Shown piece by piece: positions 14,240 through 28,458 of a DNA stretch of 64,000 nt (position 1 is its first letter; every line of letters begins with the position of its first letter). Origin of the DNA: the human T2T-CHM13v2.0 reference genome, Homo sapiens; the NCBI RefSeq assembly GCF_009914755.1, contig NC_060933.1; one strand, given 5' to 3'. A model generated the notes under the pieces. The model saw nothing but the letters and a program-made list of their open reading frames with translations. It ran no database searches and had not been told where the DNA came from. Both the position numbers and the translations under genes were made by a program.

Positions 14240-14990
14240 AAGGTGAACACTTCACATCCATTAGGATGGCTCTTATGAAAACAAAACAGAAAAACACAAG
14301 TGCTGATGGGGATCTGAGGAAATGGAAAGCCTCGTGCACCGTTGGTGGGAATGCAAAATGAAGCAGGCATGGTGGAAACCAGCATGGAGGTTCCTCAGAA
14401 ATGAAACAAGGAATGATCACGTGATCCAGCAATTCCATTTCTGGGTGTACACTCAAGAGAACTGAAAACAGAAATTCAAAAAGATATTTGTACACCCATG
14501 TTCACAGCAGCATTCTTCATAATAGCTAAGACGCGGAAGCAGCCAAGTGCCCATTGCTGGGTGAATGGTAGATGAGGTGTGTTCCATCCATACCACAGAA
14601 TATGACTCAGCCTTAAAAAGGAAGGTGATTCTGACACAGGCTACAACACGGCGGAACCTCGAGGCCATTATAGTCAGTGAAATCAGCCAGTCACAAAAGG
14701 GCAAATACTGGCAGATTCACTTCTACAAAGTACCTGGAAAAGTCAAGTCCATAGAGACAGAAAGTCCAATGGAGGCTGCCGGGGGCTGGGGGAGGGGGAA
14801 GGGGAGTGAGTGTTTCATGGGGACAGAGCTGCATTTGGGACGATGAAGGAGTTCTGGAGATGGATGGGTGATGGCTGCACAATGCAAATGTGCTTAATGC
14901 CACTGACTTGCACACTTAGACATGGCTAAAATGATGAATTTTATGTTATGCCTGTTTTACCACAGTCAAAAATTAAATTAAAAAACAAAA
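14240..14990 (+). mobile_element. L1MB 3' end
   Basis: gatccagcaattccatttctgggt...tacacccatgttcacagcagc...gtgcttaatgccactgac...A-rich end. Confidence 0.85.
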
Positions 14991-15639
14991 AGCACAGTGA
15001 AGAATGCGGGGGTGGAAGGGCAGGTGGGGCAGCACGGCAGCCTGGGGAGCAGGAGCGGGGCCAGGTTCTTCCAGGCTCCTCTGCTTGGAGCAACGCTCCA
15101 GCTCTGGCTCAGTGTCTGCCCAGGACACTCAGCCCAGGAGCTGGCATTCTAGGGCAGGGGTCCAGCCAGCATGATGTGGGGCAGGGGGAGGACAAACGGC
15201 GCTTCAGGGACGTTCACAAGGCCCTGCACAAGTCACCTGGGAACTGGGGGACGGCTGCGTGGTCCCGACCTCTTCTGTCTGCTGTAAGGGAACTAAGATG
15301 CCTCCTCCCCTCTGCACACCGCAGGGTGGTGAGTGGGGATCTGGAGTTGCAACCTGACGGACTCAATCTCATGTGACAGCGTGAACCGCTAACATGGAGG
15401 CCGCGGCCGCAGTGCAGTGGGGAGGGGTCTGCTGGGTGTGGCTGCCCAGGCGCCTCTGGGACTGAGCACTACTGGTCTAGTGGTGTAAGGAGGTGGATCT
15501 GGGGATGGGGGCGCTTGGCCAGGCTGCCCCGGCTGGAGATCCCACTGACAGCCTGAAGGGTGGAAGACTTGGAAAGTCCTCTGAGAAGCTCGCCTAACGG
15601 CGATGCTCCACTCGATTCCAAGATTGCTTCCGTTTTGCT

Positions 15640-16210
15640 GGGAAGAGGTTGATCATTAAATTTTATGCGCTGCTTTTGATGTCTGCTCCGAGGATGTCGG
15701 TTTCAGCATTCCGGCTCCTCCAAGGGAGGCCTCGGCAAAGTTGGCTTCCAGACGTTGGTTCCCGCCAGCAAAACCATCCATCATCGCGTGCGAATGGCTG
15801 GCCTCCTAAAAGCCATGTTATGAGAAGATGCCAATAAGTGTACTTACATTCGCCGTGCCCATCAGGGCAGCCTTGCAGAGGCATCTGCTGAATCTGGACT
15901 TTCACTCAACAGCCCGGTCTGCTCCTCCGTCCCTCCTCATCGATTGCAGGTTGAGTCCATCTTTGGTAACCAATCACCCAGGGGTTGGTAGGCATTTTTT
16001 TTTTTAATTTTCTGTATGAGGTTTAATTAAACCAAGGTGTGCCTGACCCTGTCAAATCATATAAAAAAAAGGCCTCTTTGCTGTATGAGGAAAAACATCA
16101 GCATAAATTATTGATTAATCCTCATTCAAACTAATCTATCAATGACTTTCTCTGGCTTGGTGGACCTGGGGAGCTCTTAGATGTTTCCATGCAAACGGCA
16201 TCTGAAAGCT
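15640..16210. promoter_or_regulatory. Homeodomain-motif-dense candidate enhancer
   Basis: Unique sequence with the palindrome ggtttaattaaacc, plus ctgtcaaatcat, ttgattaatcc and ctaatct. Confidence 0.4.
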
Positions 16211-16559
16211 CCATTTCAAAGTGATCTGAGGCCCATTTAAAGCAGTCAGCAGCCAGTGGGAGCTGCCCCTGAAATTCTGAAGTGCGACCGTTCACTCTGG
16301 CCTCAGTTCAATGGTGCCTAGATGTGTCCTGTCTGGGCAGTGAGTTCCATCTGGTCCCTACGCCTGGGGGTGGGGAGTTCACAGTTCAGTGGGGGGCAGA
16401 GGAGATGACAAAGACAGACACATACAAAAGACATGCTGATATACTTTGGTGAGGGCTAGATACTGTATGATACAGGCATACTATGCACTGTATGATACAG
16501 GCATACAGTGCGTAAACCTCTAATCATACAGAAACCTCTTGTAATCATACAGAGGTCTA

Positions 16560-17680
<1,121 letters not shown>

Positions 17681-17682
17681 TT

Positions 17683-17826
<144 letters not shown>

Positions 17827-17883
17827 CATATGATCATCTTTATCGATGCAGAAAAATTATTTGATGGCGTAGGCATTTATTTA

Positions 17884-18225
<342 letters not shown>

Positions 18226-18554
18226 TCATGATATGCCAGCAAGTAAAAGAGCCAGTCAGAAGATGGCATATAATATCATCCCATTTTCTTGTAATAAAAA
18301 AAATCTGTATCTGTCTCTGAAAGGGTTTACCTCAAAATAGTAATTGTGCTTATTATCTCTGGGTGCTGAAAAATTTTTATTTCTTCTTTGTATTATTCTT
18401 TATTTCTTGCTTTTTAAAATAGTGAACATGTATTATTGATGTAATAGTTTTTTAAAAACAACTTATTAAAAGAAGAACGTTATAGCCCATTTTTCTGCCC
18501 TGGAAATTCACTAGAGAAAAGCACGAAGAGAAATTCCAACAACTGACAGGGCTC

Positions 18555-19000
18555 TTATTTGTAGGCCACGGAAATAGTTTCCAGCTGATTTAAGCAGAAA
18601 ATGAATTCATTCCAAGGGCACTGGGACTCCCAGAACCTCTGGAGGCCAGAGGACCCAGCTCGGAGCCCGTGAGGCTGGGAGGGAAGAATGGGCTCCAGCG
18701 GAAGTGGTTGGTGAAGACACCACTGCCATCGCTGCCCGGCCTGAGCTGTGTGGGGGTTTCTCCCCTCCGCTGCCACCAGGCAGCACCACCCCTCGGGCAC
18801 CGCCATGTGCCTTGGTGTCCAGGGTCGCCACCCATCCCAGAACGGTTCCCCTCGGTCCCTGGTTCCCAGCACGTGCCTTGGTGGAGGCGGGGGCAGCGGC
18901 TGCCAATGGCCGTCTGGGATACATGTGCACATTGGCCACGTTTGGCTGTGACAGCAGAAGGCGGGCTCTGCCTCAGAAGGAGAGGTCTCCGCAGGCCCGG
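18555..19000. mobile_element. Probable very old MLT1 (N/O-like) LTR remnant
   Basis: ccagctgatttaagcagaaaatgaattcatt...ggaggccagagg. Confidence 0.4.
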
Positions 19001-19061
19001 AAGTAGGTTCAGGAGCTGAATGACCAAACCACAGGACACCCTTGGCCCTTCTGCACTAAGA

Positions 19062-19378
19062 CTAGCGTTGGCGAACTACAGCTTATGGGCCTGATCCAGC
19101 CCGCTGCCTGCTTTCTGTACAGCCCACAAGCTAACAATGGGTTTTACATTTGATAACAATCAAACGAAGAATGGTATGTCTTGAAATGTGAAAATTTTAT
19201 GTAATTAACATTTCAGTGTCTATAAAGTTTTATTGGCACATAGCCCCATTCACTGTGTATCTATTGTCTATGGTTGCTTTTGCACCATGAAGGCAGAGTT
19301 GAGCGATTGTGACAGAGACCTGCAAAGCCACAAATCCTGACCAGTGGGCTCCCTGCAGAAAGTCTGTGGACCCATGAC
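19062..19378. mobile_element. MER58B-like hAT-Charlie DNA transposon
   Basis: ttggcgaactacagc...atccagcccgctgcctg...ttttattggcacatagcc...gcagagttgagcgattgtgacagagacc. Confidence 0.8.
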
Positions 19379-19477
19379 TGAGAGTGATGATTCTCTCTAG
19401 CTGTGTCTGCACTCTGTTGGTTGCTCTTGGTTCATAAGGACCCGGGATATCTTGTGAGTCTCCTGCTCAGGATGAGA

Positions 19478-20375
<898 letters not shown>

Positions 20376-21019
20376 TGTGGTGTAAGATGGCTTCTCAGAG
20401 TCCAGAGAAAGATCTTCACCAGCACATCTCAGCTAAGTCTCATGGTCTCTGCTTCTCCTTCATCACCTTATCAGAACTCTTGCACCCACCCGCTTCCTGC
20501 CCCTGTTCTCTAGAGCTTTCTGTGTCAGCTTCCAGCTCTGCACCCGAAGGCTGTGAGCTCTTGCTTGCCCCAGCCCCATGCAACCCACACTGCACACTGT
20601 GATTGCTCTCTGCCTCTTTTCAGCTCATCTCTGGCTGGCGTAGACTCTGGTTGGACTAGTCTCCCCAGGCAAAGCTTCTCATGCCAGGTACCTTTGTGGG
20701 CCAGTGACCAGCCTCTTTTTGTTCCCTCAGCTGTGGACAACAGGGGAGCCATGGGATGCATGGCATGGGCACCTGGGGCTACCCATACGTGGGGGATGTT
20801 TCCTTTTGCAGGTGCTACGGGACTGGCAGGTACCAGTAGCAAACCACACAGTGATGCAGACCAGCCATGCCCGCTGCCCACATGTTCAGAGGTACTTAGA
20901 GGAGGGGAGGATGGCCATTCAGGGCTGCCAGTGGTGTGTCAAGCATCCTTTTCACGTACTCCTCGCCTCAACCTTGGGAGGGAGACCCATGGACTGTCCA
21001 AGCCTATCTCCCTTCCCTC

Positions 21020-21810
21020 CAGGCACACAGCTGGATGGCATTTCCTAGCATCCTTTGCAGTTCGGTGGAGCCATGTGCTGAATTCTGGCCATGAAGTGTG
21101 CATGGAAGTGAAATACACCTGGGTCTCTGAGTCACTATGTGGAGCTGAGCCCTTCCTGGCCTAGGTCTCTGAATCACTGTATGGAGCAGGGCCCTTCTTG
21201 GCCTGGGTCTCTGAGTCATTGCGTGAAGCAGAACCCCTCCTGGCCTGGGTCTCTGGGTCACTGTATGGAGTCGAGCCTCTTGTGGCATGGGTGTCTGAGT
21301 CACTGTGTGGAGCAGAGCCCATCCTGACCTGGGTCTCTGAGTCACTGTGTGGAGCAGAGCCCCTCATGGCCTGGGTCTCTGAGTCATTGTGTGAAGCAGA
21401 ACCCCTCATGGCCTGGGTGTCTGAGTCACTGTGTGGAGCTGAGCCCCTCATGGCCTGGGTCTCTGGGTCACTGTATGGAGTTGAGCCTCTTGTGGCATGG
21501 GTGTCTGAGTCACTGTGTGGAGCAGAGCCCCTCCTGGACTGGGTCTCTGAGTCACTGTGTGGAGCCCTTCCTGACTGCTGATTGTACTTTTCATAAGTGT
21601 GGTAAAGATGGTCACAAATTCTGTGAACTTCTCCCATTGAAATGAGGAGGTCTATATCTCCTCCCTTTAAATCTGGGTGGGCCTGTTACTGCTTCAAGCA
21701 ATAGGATATGGTGGAACTGACTCTCTCCATTTCTGGGCCCACTTCTGCCTCCTGTCTCTTGGAGCACACTTGGAGGTCTGAGCTGCCATATGAAGAGTCT
21801 GACCACCTTG
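21020..21810. mobile_element. MLT1 (H/J-like) LTR pieces flanking a tandem repeat
   Basis: gcatttcctagcatcctttgcagtt...ccatgtgctgaattctggcc; ctctcccattgaaatgaggaggtctat...atctgggtgggcctg. Confidence 0.6.
21118..21567. repeat. 42-bp minisatellite, ~10.7 units, AP-1 motif in most units
   Basis: Unit cctgggtctcTGAGTCActgtgtggagcagagcccctcctgg; period exactly 42 (unit 11 starts at 21538). Confidence 0.95.
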
Positions 21811-23358
21811 TTGGGTGGGGAGGAATCAGGACCAATAATTCGGTGCCTCTCAGGAGGCTCGGTCACCACTGACCAGGAAGGTGGCTTCAGGCTAAAGGAG
21901 AAATCCCGTGGGGCTCCTGTGAGGCTCTACTCTGACTAATACTTTAGTTCCTGTGTGATGGTCACTAATACGTTAGTTCCCACCATGGGTATTTTGTCCC
22001 TTCTCCTTCTTTGACGTGGCTGAGTTCTCCTCACACAGGGGCAGTGAGCTGTGGCCCTCTGCCTGGTCCCAGGAGGCCCTGGGACCCCTGAGCGTCGTGG
22101 CTCAGAGCTCAGCTCCCCTCCTGGGAGGTGGAGCTGCCTTTCTCCGAGGCCATGAGCTGGGCCCTCCACACCCCCCGGGGCACGTTCTAGCTACTGCCTT
22201 CCTCGCAGCCTTTGATCACCTAAGGATTTCCAGTCCTGCCCACTGCCACTCAGCCATCGCAGGCCCAGCGGCCTCGGGGAAGATGAAAGGTGTCGCCCAC
22301 CTCGCTCCTCCTGCACAAAAGCAGGATCAATTAAAAACTTTCTATCCACGGAGCCGGAAGACTTGTCAGAGGAAGCTTCGGAGAGAAAATCAGGCTCCAG
22401 AGGGAGACGCAGTCCTTAAAAGTAAAGGTATTTTTAGCTGGAAAGTTTAGCAGAAGAAAGGCTGCGTCAGGCCCGAGCGGACCCGTCATCCGTCACAGGC
22501 CGGCCTCGGAAAGTGGGGAAGAAACCCCAGAAAGGCTTGAAAAGCCGTCCTTCCACGTGGGCGGGCGCCTCCCGGGCTGCCGGGGGATGTGCGAAAGTCA
22601 TTGCGGCTCAGGGCTGTGCAGCCCCACCTTCAGCTTTTCCAAGTGTAAACGGAGCCTTTCTGCCTTGAACAGCTGTGTTTTCCCTTTACTTGGAGCGGAT
22701 GCAAAGTTCGGAGGCTGTCCGGGGCCCTCCTCTCTCCCCCTCCCCCAGACGCTCAGCCTTAGGCCTTCTGCAGGGTGTGGAGCCTGCGGGATCCTGGGCC
22801 TTTAATGGGGGCTCCAGACCCTCCCTCCACAGCCACACAACTTTGCCAGTGATGCTGGGAGCCGGGAGAGGGCCTGGGGTTTGTGCAAGCCAGATTCAGA
22901 CTCACGCGATCTCCCCAACTCCGGCCCGGGGACTTGGGGCTTCTCTGTCCTCTCTCCTCCCTGCACACCCAGCCTCTGGGAAGGCGCAGGCCAGCTGCAC
23001 GGTGTTGGAATTCCACCTCCTCTGCTGAAGGAGGTGCTGGGTGTGCCAGGCACGTGGGGCCCTCGGGTGTCCACAGCTTCTGGGACCCCCCTGATAGTTT
23101 CCCACGGATTTTCCCAACTCTGACTTCTCTTGGTCAAACCCTACTTATGTTTCCAGGCTCATTTCAAATGCCACAACCTCCAAGAAGCCCTCTTGGATGT
23201 CCAGACAAGGGCACACGCTCCCCCTTCTGAATTCCCTATGGCCTTCTGTCTCTTCCTTCCTGGTACCCTCCTGACCCCACCTGACAGGACGTGTCCTGAA
23301 GGAAGAAGCAACGCAGCTCTGGAGCACGCAACCTTGGGGTGGAATCCGCCTCCTCTAC

Positions 23359-23519
23359 TTTTTTTTTTTTTTTTGAGACAGGGAGTCGCTCTGTCGCCCA
23401 GACTGAAGTGCAGTGGCACGATCACGGCTTACTGCAGTCGGCCTCCTGGGCTAAAGCAACCCGCCTGCCTCAGCCTCCCAAAGCGCTGGGACTATAGGCG
23501 TGAGCCACAGCGCCCGGCC
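23359..23519 (-). mobile_element. Alu monomer (FAM/FRAM-like or internally deleted) with TSD, adjacent to a MIR
   Basis: cgcctcctctactt flanks both ends. Confidence 0.85.
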
Positions 23520-24090
23520 TACGCCTCCTCTACTTCTTAGCTTGTGATCTGGGGCAAGTTTCTTATCCACTCCAAGCGTCAGTTTCTCTATCAGTGAAAG
23601 GAAAAAATAACACAGTCTTCCCTCCTGGGTTCCTGTGAGGATTCAGTGAAGCGAGAGTGATCTACACGTGGGAAGCCCTAACCCCGTCCTCGTCCTCGGT
23701 AGCGTGGTGCTCGTCCTCCTGGGAGGAGCCCGGCGAGGCCCTGTGGCTGAGACTCGGGCACCTGGCTCTGCTCTGGCCCCCCTAGAAGACCCTGACGCCT
23801 AGTCTCTGGATTCAGACCTCGCCTGCAAAAACAACGTGACCACATCAGCTCAGCCTGCACCACCAACTGCTCTGAGATGAGGCGTGAGGTTCCCTTTGGA
23901 GGTAACTCTGGGGAAACGAGAGTGGCGGCCGGTGTCACAGGGCCACCTGCACATGCCCTGAGGATCACCGCACCTGCCCGGAGCTGGCTGGATGTTTTGG
24001 AGGACCCAGGACACAGCAGGCGAGCGCTGGCACCCACAGACCCCCTTTCTCTCATTTCACGTCCCTGGGCTGCAGAGGGAAGGACCCTCT

Positions 24091-24310
<220 letters not shown>

Positions 24311-27157
24311 TTAGTTTACTTGGGAGGAGCTGGGCCTGCCGTGAGCTGGGCAGGCATAGGCCCTGTCCTGGTGCTCACTGTTCTGGGGTGGGGGAGCAGA
24401 TGAACAGGTATAAATTCTACTATGGGGGGGTATGGGCTCTGATGGCCATGGGGGGCGGGTGTCTAATCATGGACTGCTTCCCGGAGGAAGGTGCATTTGA
24501 GTCTGACACATGTGCAGTTAGTGGGAAAGTGGGATGGGCTGGATGATCTGAGCCCTGTTGGGGAGAAGCAGGAGCTGGAGCAGCCTGGCATCTTTGAGCA
24601 TCTGAGGTCCAGCCTAGGACCCGTCAGGGCATAGCCAGGAGCAGGGGCAGGGGCAGGGATTGGCAGGACGGAGACCAGGTCAGGCTGGGCGGTGCCCCTG
24701 TCTGCATTGTGGCTGCTGCAGGCTGATGGCGGGAAGAGGCAGTGGGACTCGAGTGGCCACTGGGAGGCAGGGCAGGGGTGCTCAGGTGAAACATGGCAGC
24801 AGCCCTCTCTGGAGTTACAACCGAGGGCTGGAGACAGGCAAGGGATTCTGGAGAGTACAAGGAGCCAGACTGCTCGTGACATGTGGGGTCTGGGGAAGGG
24901 ACGGGAGCGGGGGCCTGGGCTCCATGTCTCTATTGCCCTCCTGCCTTCCTGGCCCGGCCAGGGGAGCCTGGGCTGGGGCTGATCGTGACCTTGCCAGTCT
25001 GTGCCTGGGCTTGCGGACTGTTAGCCCGGGAACAGCCTGCACATCTTGAGTGTCTGTCAGCTTTTTCTGGGAGAAAGATTCCCAAGCAAGCCCTGGACAC
25101 CCCCAGAATGTACAAGTCTCTGCTCTGTTCCCAGCTCCTGCTGTCTCCCCCAAAACACACAGCCCTCTGCTCTGTTCTCAGCTCTGGGTGTCCCCTCTGC
25201 TCCTGCCATCCCCCACCCTCACCTTAGATCAATCACTGTCCTGAGCTTCTCTAAACACTCCGTGTTGCTTCGAAGGGCGTGGGACCTCACTTCTCAGCAG
25301 TGTGACTCGAGTTTGCCCCTGGACATCTCCGTTTCCTCCTCTGGGAAGTGGGCTCACGGCAGTCCCGTCCCCATGCAGGGCTGCTGTGCAGATGGAATGG
25401 GAGGAGCAAGGCAGGCCCTGGGTCAGCGCCTGGCTCTGGACTTATCAGGACCATAAATAGGGTTCCTGGTGGTCGCTGTTTTATTCGTGGACTGCTGGCT
25501 TACGAGCTGCCCTGAGTGACGCGTGGGGTGACGCTGCCAACACCTGGCTACAGAGGTCCCTTCAGGGAGGACAGGAGAGCCTTGTGGCGAGGAAGCCTCT
25601 TTGGAAAGTGAGACTCAGTCATCAGAGCTCACCGTGCAGATGACAGGCTTCCGGGGCTGGACCTGGGGCGGGGGGGGGGGCGTCAGGCGGACCCCCATCC
25701 CCAAGGGGCCCAGCTCGTCCTGAGGGGGCAGCCACGGCCCCTTTTCCAAGCTCCCCCAAGGATCCGCGGGTGGCCTCAGCCCCGCCCACCTCACCCTCTC
25801 TCCCGGCCTGACCCTTCCCCACCCCTCAGCCTCTGGTTCTGCTCTCAGCAGATGCCCCTGCTCAGCCTTCCAGAGCCCCTCCCATATTAGCGTCTTCCTG
25901 GGAGCACTGCTGTGCAGCTCCATGCCCGTCCCACCTTCTAGGCCAGAATTCATTCATTCATTCAGTCGTTCAGCACCACTGCCTGAGGGCTTACCTTGAG
26001 CAGGTCCCACGCTGGCTGACACCAGCACGCCGGAGGCCCCGGGCTGAACACACAGCGCCACCCACCGAGCCTGAGCAACGTTTGCTGCCGTCAGTGAAGC
26101 CCCCAGGCAGGGAGGCCACTGCAGGGAGGACTGAGCGGGCCTCGAGGGAGTGAGTGGCTGGGAACAGAGGGGTGCAGCCTTCCCAGGGAGGGGACAGGGT
26201 GTGGAGAGGGAGAGGGGGCTGGGGAGAGGTGAGCAGGCGTCTCCCGCTGTCTGAGGAGCTGGAACCTGGTCCGATCCAGAGGGCACCCTGGCATGGTCCG
26301 ACCCAGGGGGTGCTTCTGCCGTGGGCTTCGAGAGGGCAGGGAGAGGGGAGGGGAGCTGCAGATCCCCTGGCTCCAGGCCATAAGGACCTGATCTCAGGTG
26401 GGGCTGGGGGGCACTGAGCAAACTGAGAACCACTCCCAGGCCTGGGTGAGGGAGCCAGGAGTCTGGGGTCTGGCCTGCCCAGCGTCCACAGCCCACTTTG
26501 CCAGGGAGGCCCAGGGCTGGTGAGGACCCAGCCGAGGTCCTGCCGCCACCCCAGCTGCAGCTGAGCTTGGAGAGGAAACCAGGTGCCGCTCGGGGACGTC
26601 GCTGCTCTAACTGCCCGCAAGGGGTGCTTCCGGGGCAGGCCTGGCCAGGACAGGGCGAGGAGGCCTCTCTGGAGGTCATGGGGACCCTGTGTCTTCTCTT
26701 CCTTCACACGCCTGGGCCTGCGACCTCACAGAGGCCACAGCATGCCCTGTCCGTCCTCACCAGCTGCAAGCAGGAGGCGGCCTGGCCGTAACACCGGCCT
26801 GGGAAGGCCGAGCACATTTGAGCAGCCTCATGGAAAGTTCTGGGGTTTATGACAACAGATTATCTGGTGGTGACAGCAGATCTGGGATGGTGCTTCCTGC
26901 CCACCGCCTTCTCTCTCTTTGAAAACAAAACCACCCACACATTTTGAAAGCTGGGCCCCTATGGTGGGTTCAGGATAGAGCCAACCCTGAACTCATGGGG
27001 AGACTTGTCCCACAGAAATGACGAAGATTCTTCCAGGAACAGACTCAGCCTTCTCTTTCCACCTGAGGGACACTCAGTCTCAGCCTGGAAACCAAAGATG
27101 GGGCTGGGCGGGTGCTGCGGTTTAGGCTGAATCATCGTCATAGCTGTGACCAATTGT

Positions 27158-27193
27158 AACAACAACAAAAACAGCAGCAGCAGCAGCAGCAGC
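27158..27193. repeat. (AAC)n(CAG)7 compound microsatellite
   Basis: aacaacaacaaaaacagcagcagcagcagcagcagc. Confidence 0.9.
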
Positions 27194-28301
27194 TCATTTT
27201 TCTCTAACAGGCTTGTTGCATCTGCACTAAGTCAAGGTATCATTCCTGTCAAGGAGGCTTCCAGCCTGTGCTTGTTTGCTTCTCTTGATGGGGACCTCAC
27301 TACCTCGGGCAGCTATGTATGTCCCCCAGGCGTGTGTCCAGTGTCCTGCTGGGGGCGCTGGCCCCCAATGTGCCCCTTTTGCTTTCAGACAGCCAGGACC
27401 TTGGGCTGCAACAGCCTAAACTGGCTCTGGCGTCTTACACAGCAGAGGAACTGGAGGGAGAGCTGAAGCTATTGGAATCCACGGGGAGGCAGGGAATGGT
27501 GGAAGCCACAGCCAGTGGGGCAGCTGGAACCACAGCCCAGAGCCAAGCTAAATGTGCACTCTCAATGATCTCCATTTGCCCAAAATTCGAAACCAGAAGG
27601 AAGCATTTGATTGGCTGAGCCAGGCACAGGCCCCGCCCTGGCTGCTAAGGGTAGAGGTGGCGGGAAGGGGAGGAGAGGAAGGGGAAAGGAAGGGCCAGGA
27701 CTGCCTCCAGCAGGGTAAGCTGGGACCCCAGGCAACCACCACAGCCACCCTTTTCCTCCCCATTTACTGAGCTCACCGCAGGCCAGGCCACCAGGCCAAG
27801 TTGGATAATGTTTTATGTGATACCGCCTCATCCCGGGGTGTTTCCTCTCAGCACCATAACCACGCACACCCCATAATAAGCAGTGGGCTAGCTGGAGAGG
27901 CAGGAAATTGCCTTTGGGGTCCCATTGTAGGATCATCCCTTGTGGGTTTCGCCCTTTTATGGTGTCAGCCTCCCTGCCGGTGCTTCCCTGAGAGGGTCTC
28001 AGCAAACCAACATCTTGGTACCAACGATGGCGCAGAACAACTCTGTCCTTTTCTCCTTTGGCATCAAAAGACAAAACAAACCCAAATGACATCCATCCCA
28101 GAAGCTGCTCCCAGTTTCACTGGACAATGAGGAAGGGAAACGGGAAGGAAAGTAGGGTAGGACTGGCTGGGCCGATGTGCGGACTAGGAAGCAGAAACTC
28201 TCCTGAGGGAGGAAGCCAGGCCACCGGACAGGGCCAAGGTCTGTTCCCTAGGACGACAGAGCACACAGCACCTCAGTTTCATCTTTCAAGTCCCATTATT
28301 T

Positions 28302-28458
28302 GGCTGGGTGTGGTGGCACGCACCTGTGGTCCCAGCTACTCAGGAGGCTTAGGTAGGAGGATCGCTCGAGGCCAGGAGATGGAGGCTGCAGTGATCTGAG
28401 ATTGTGCCCTGCACTCCAGCCTGGGCAATAGAGTGAGACCCCAACTCTAAAAAAAAAA
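28302..28458 (+). mobile_element. Alu right monomer
   Basis: Single arm with A-tail. Confidence 0.85.

Noticed and set aside
21004-21645. Repeat-protein-like ORFs (AWVSESLCGAEPLM)n in several frames
   Set aside because: A 42-bp unit is a multiple of 3, so several frames on both strands stay open. There is no splice or promoter support.
25970-25990. TTCAGCACC as a REST/NRSE site (also at 2322 and 30965)
   Set aside because: Only the left half is present, or the spacing to a GGACAG half is wrong.
25954-26707. Overlapping 238-241 aa minus-strand ORFs; likewise 1404-2018, 20553-21164, 36565-37122 and 59009-59617
   Set aside because: They have the P/G/A/S/R-rich composition expected by chance in GC-rich DNA, no recognisable domain, and some run into repeats.
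27172-27192. (CAG)7 as a polyglutamine or expansion locus
   Set aside because: Short, intergenic and not in a supported exon.
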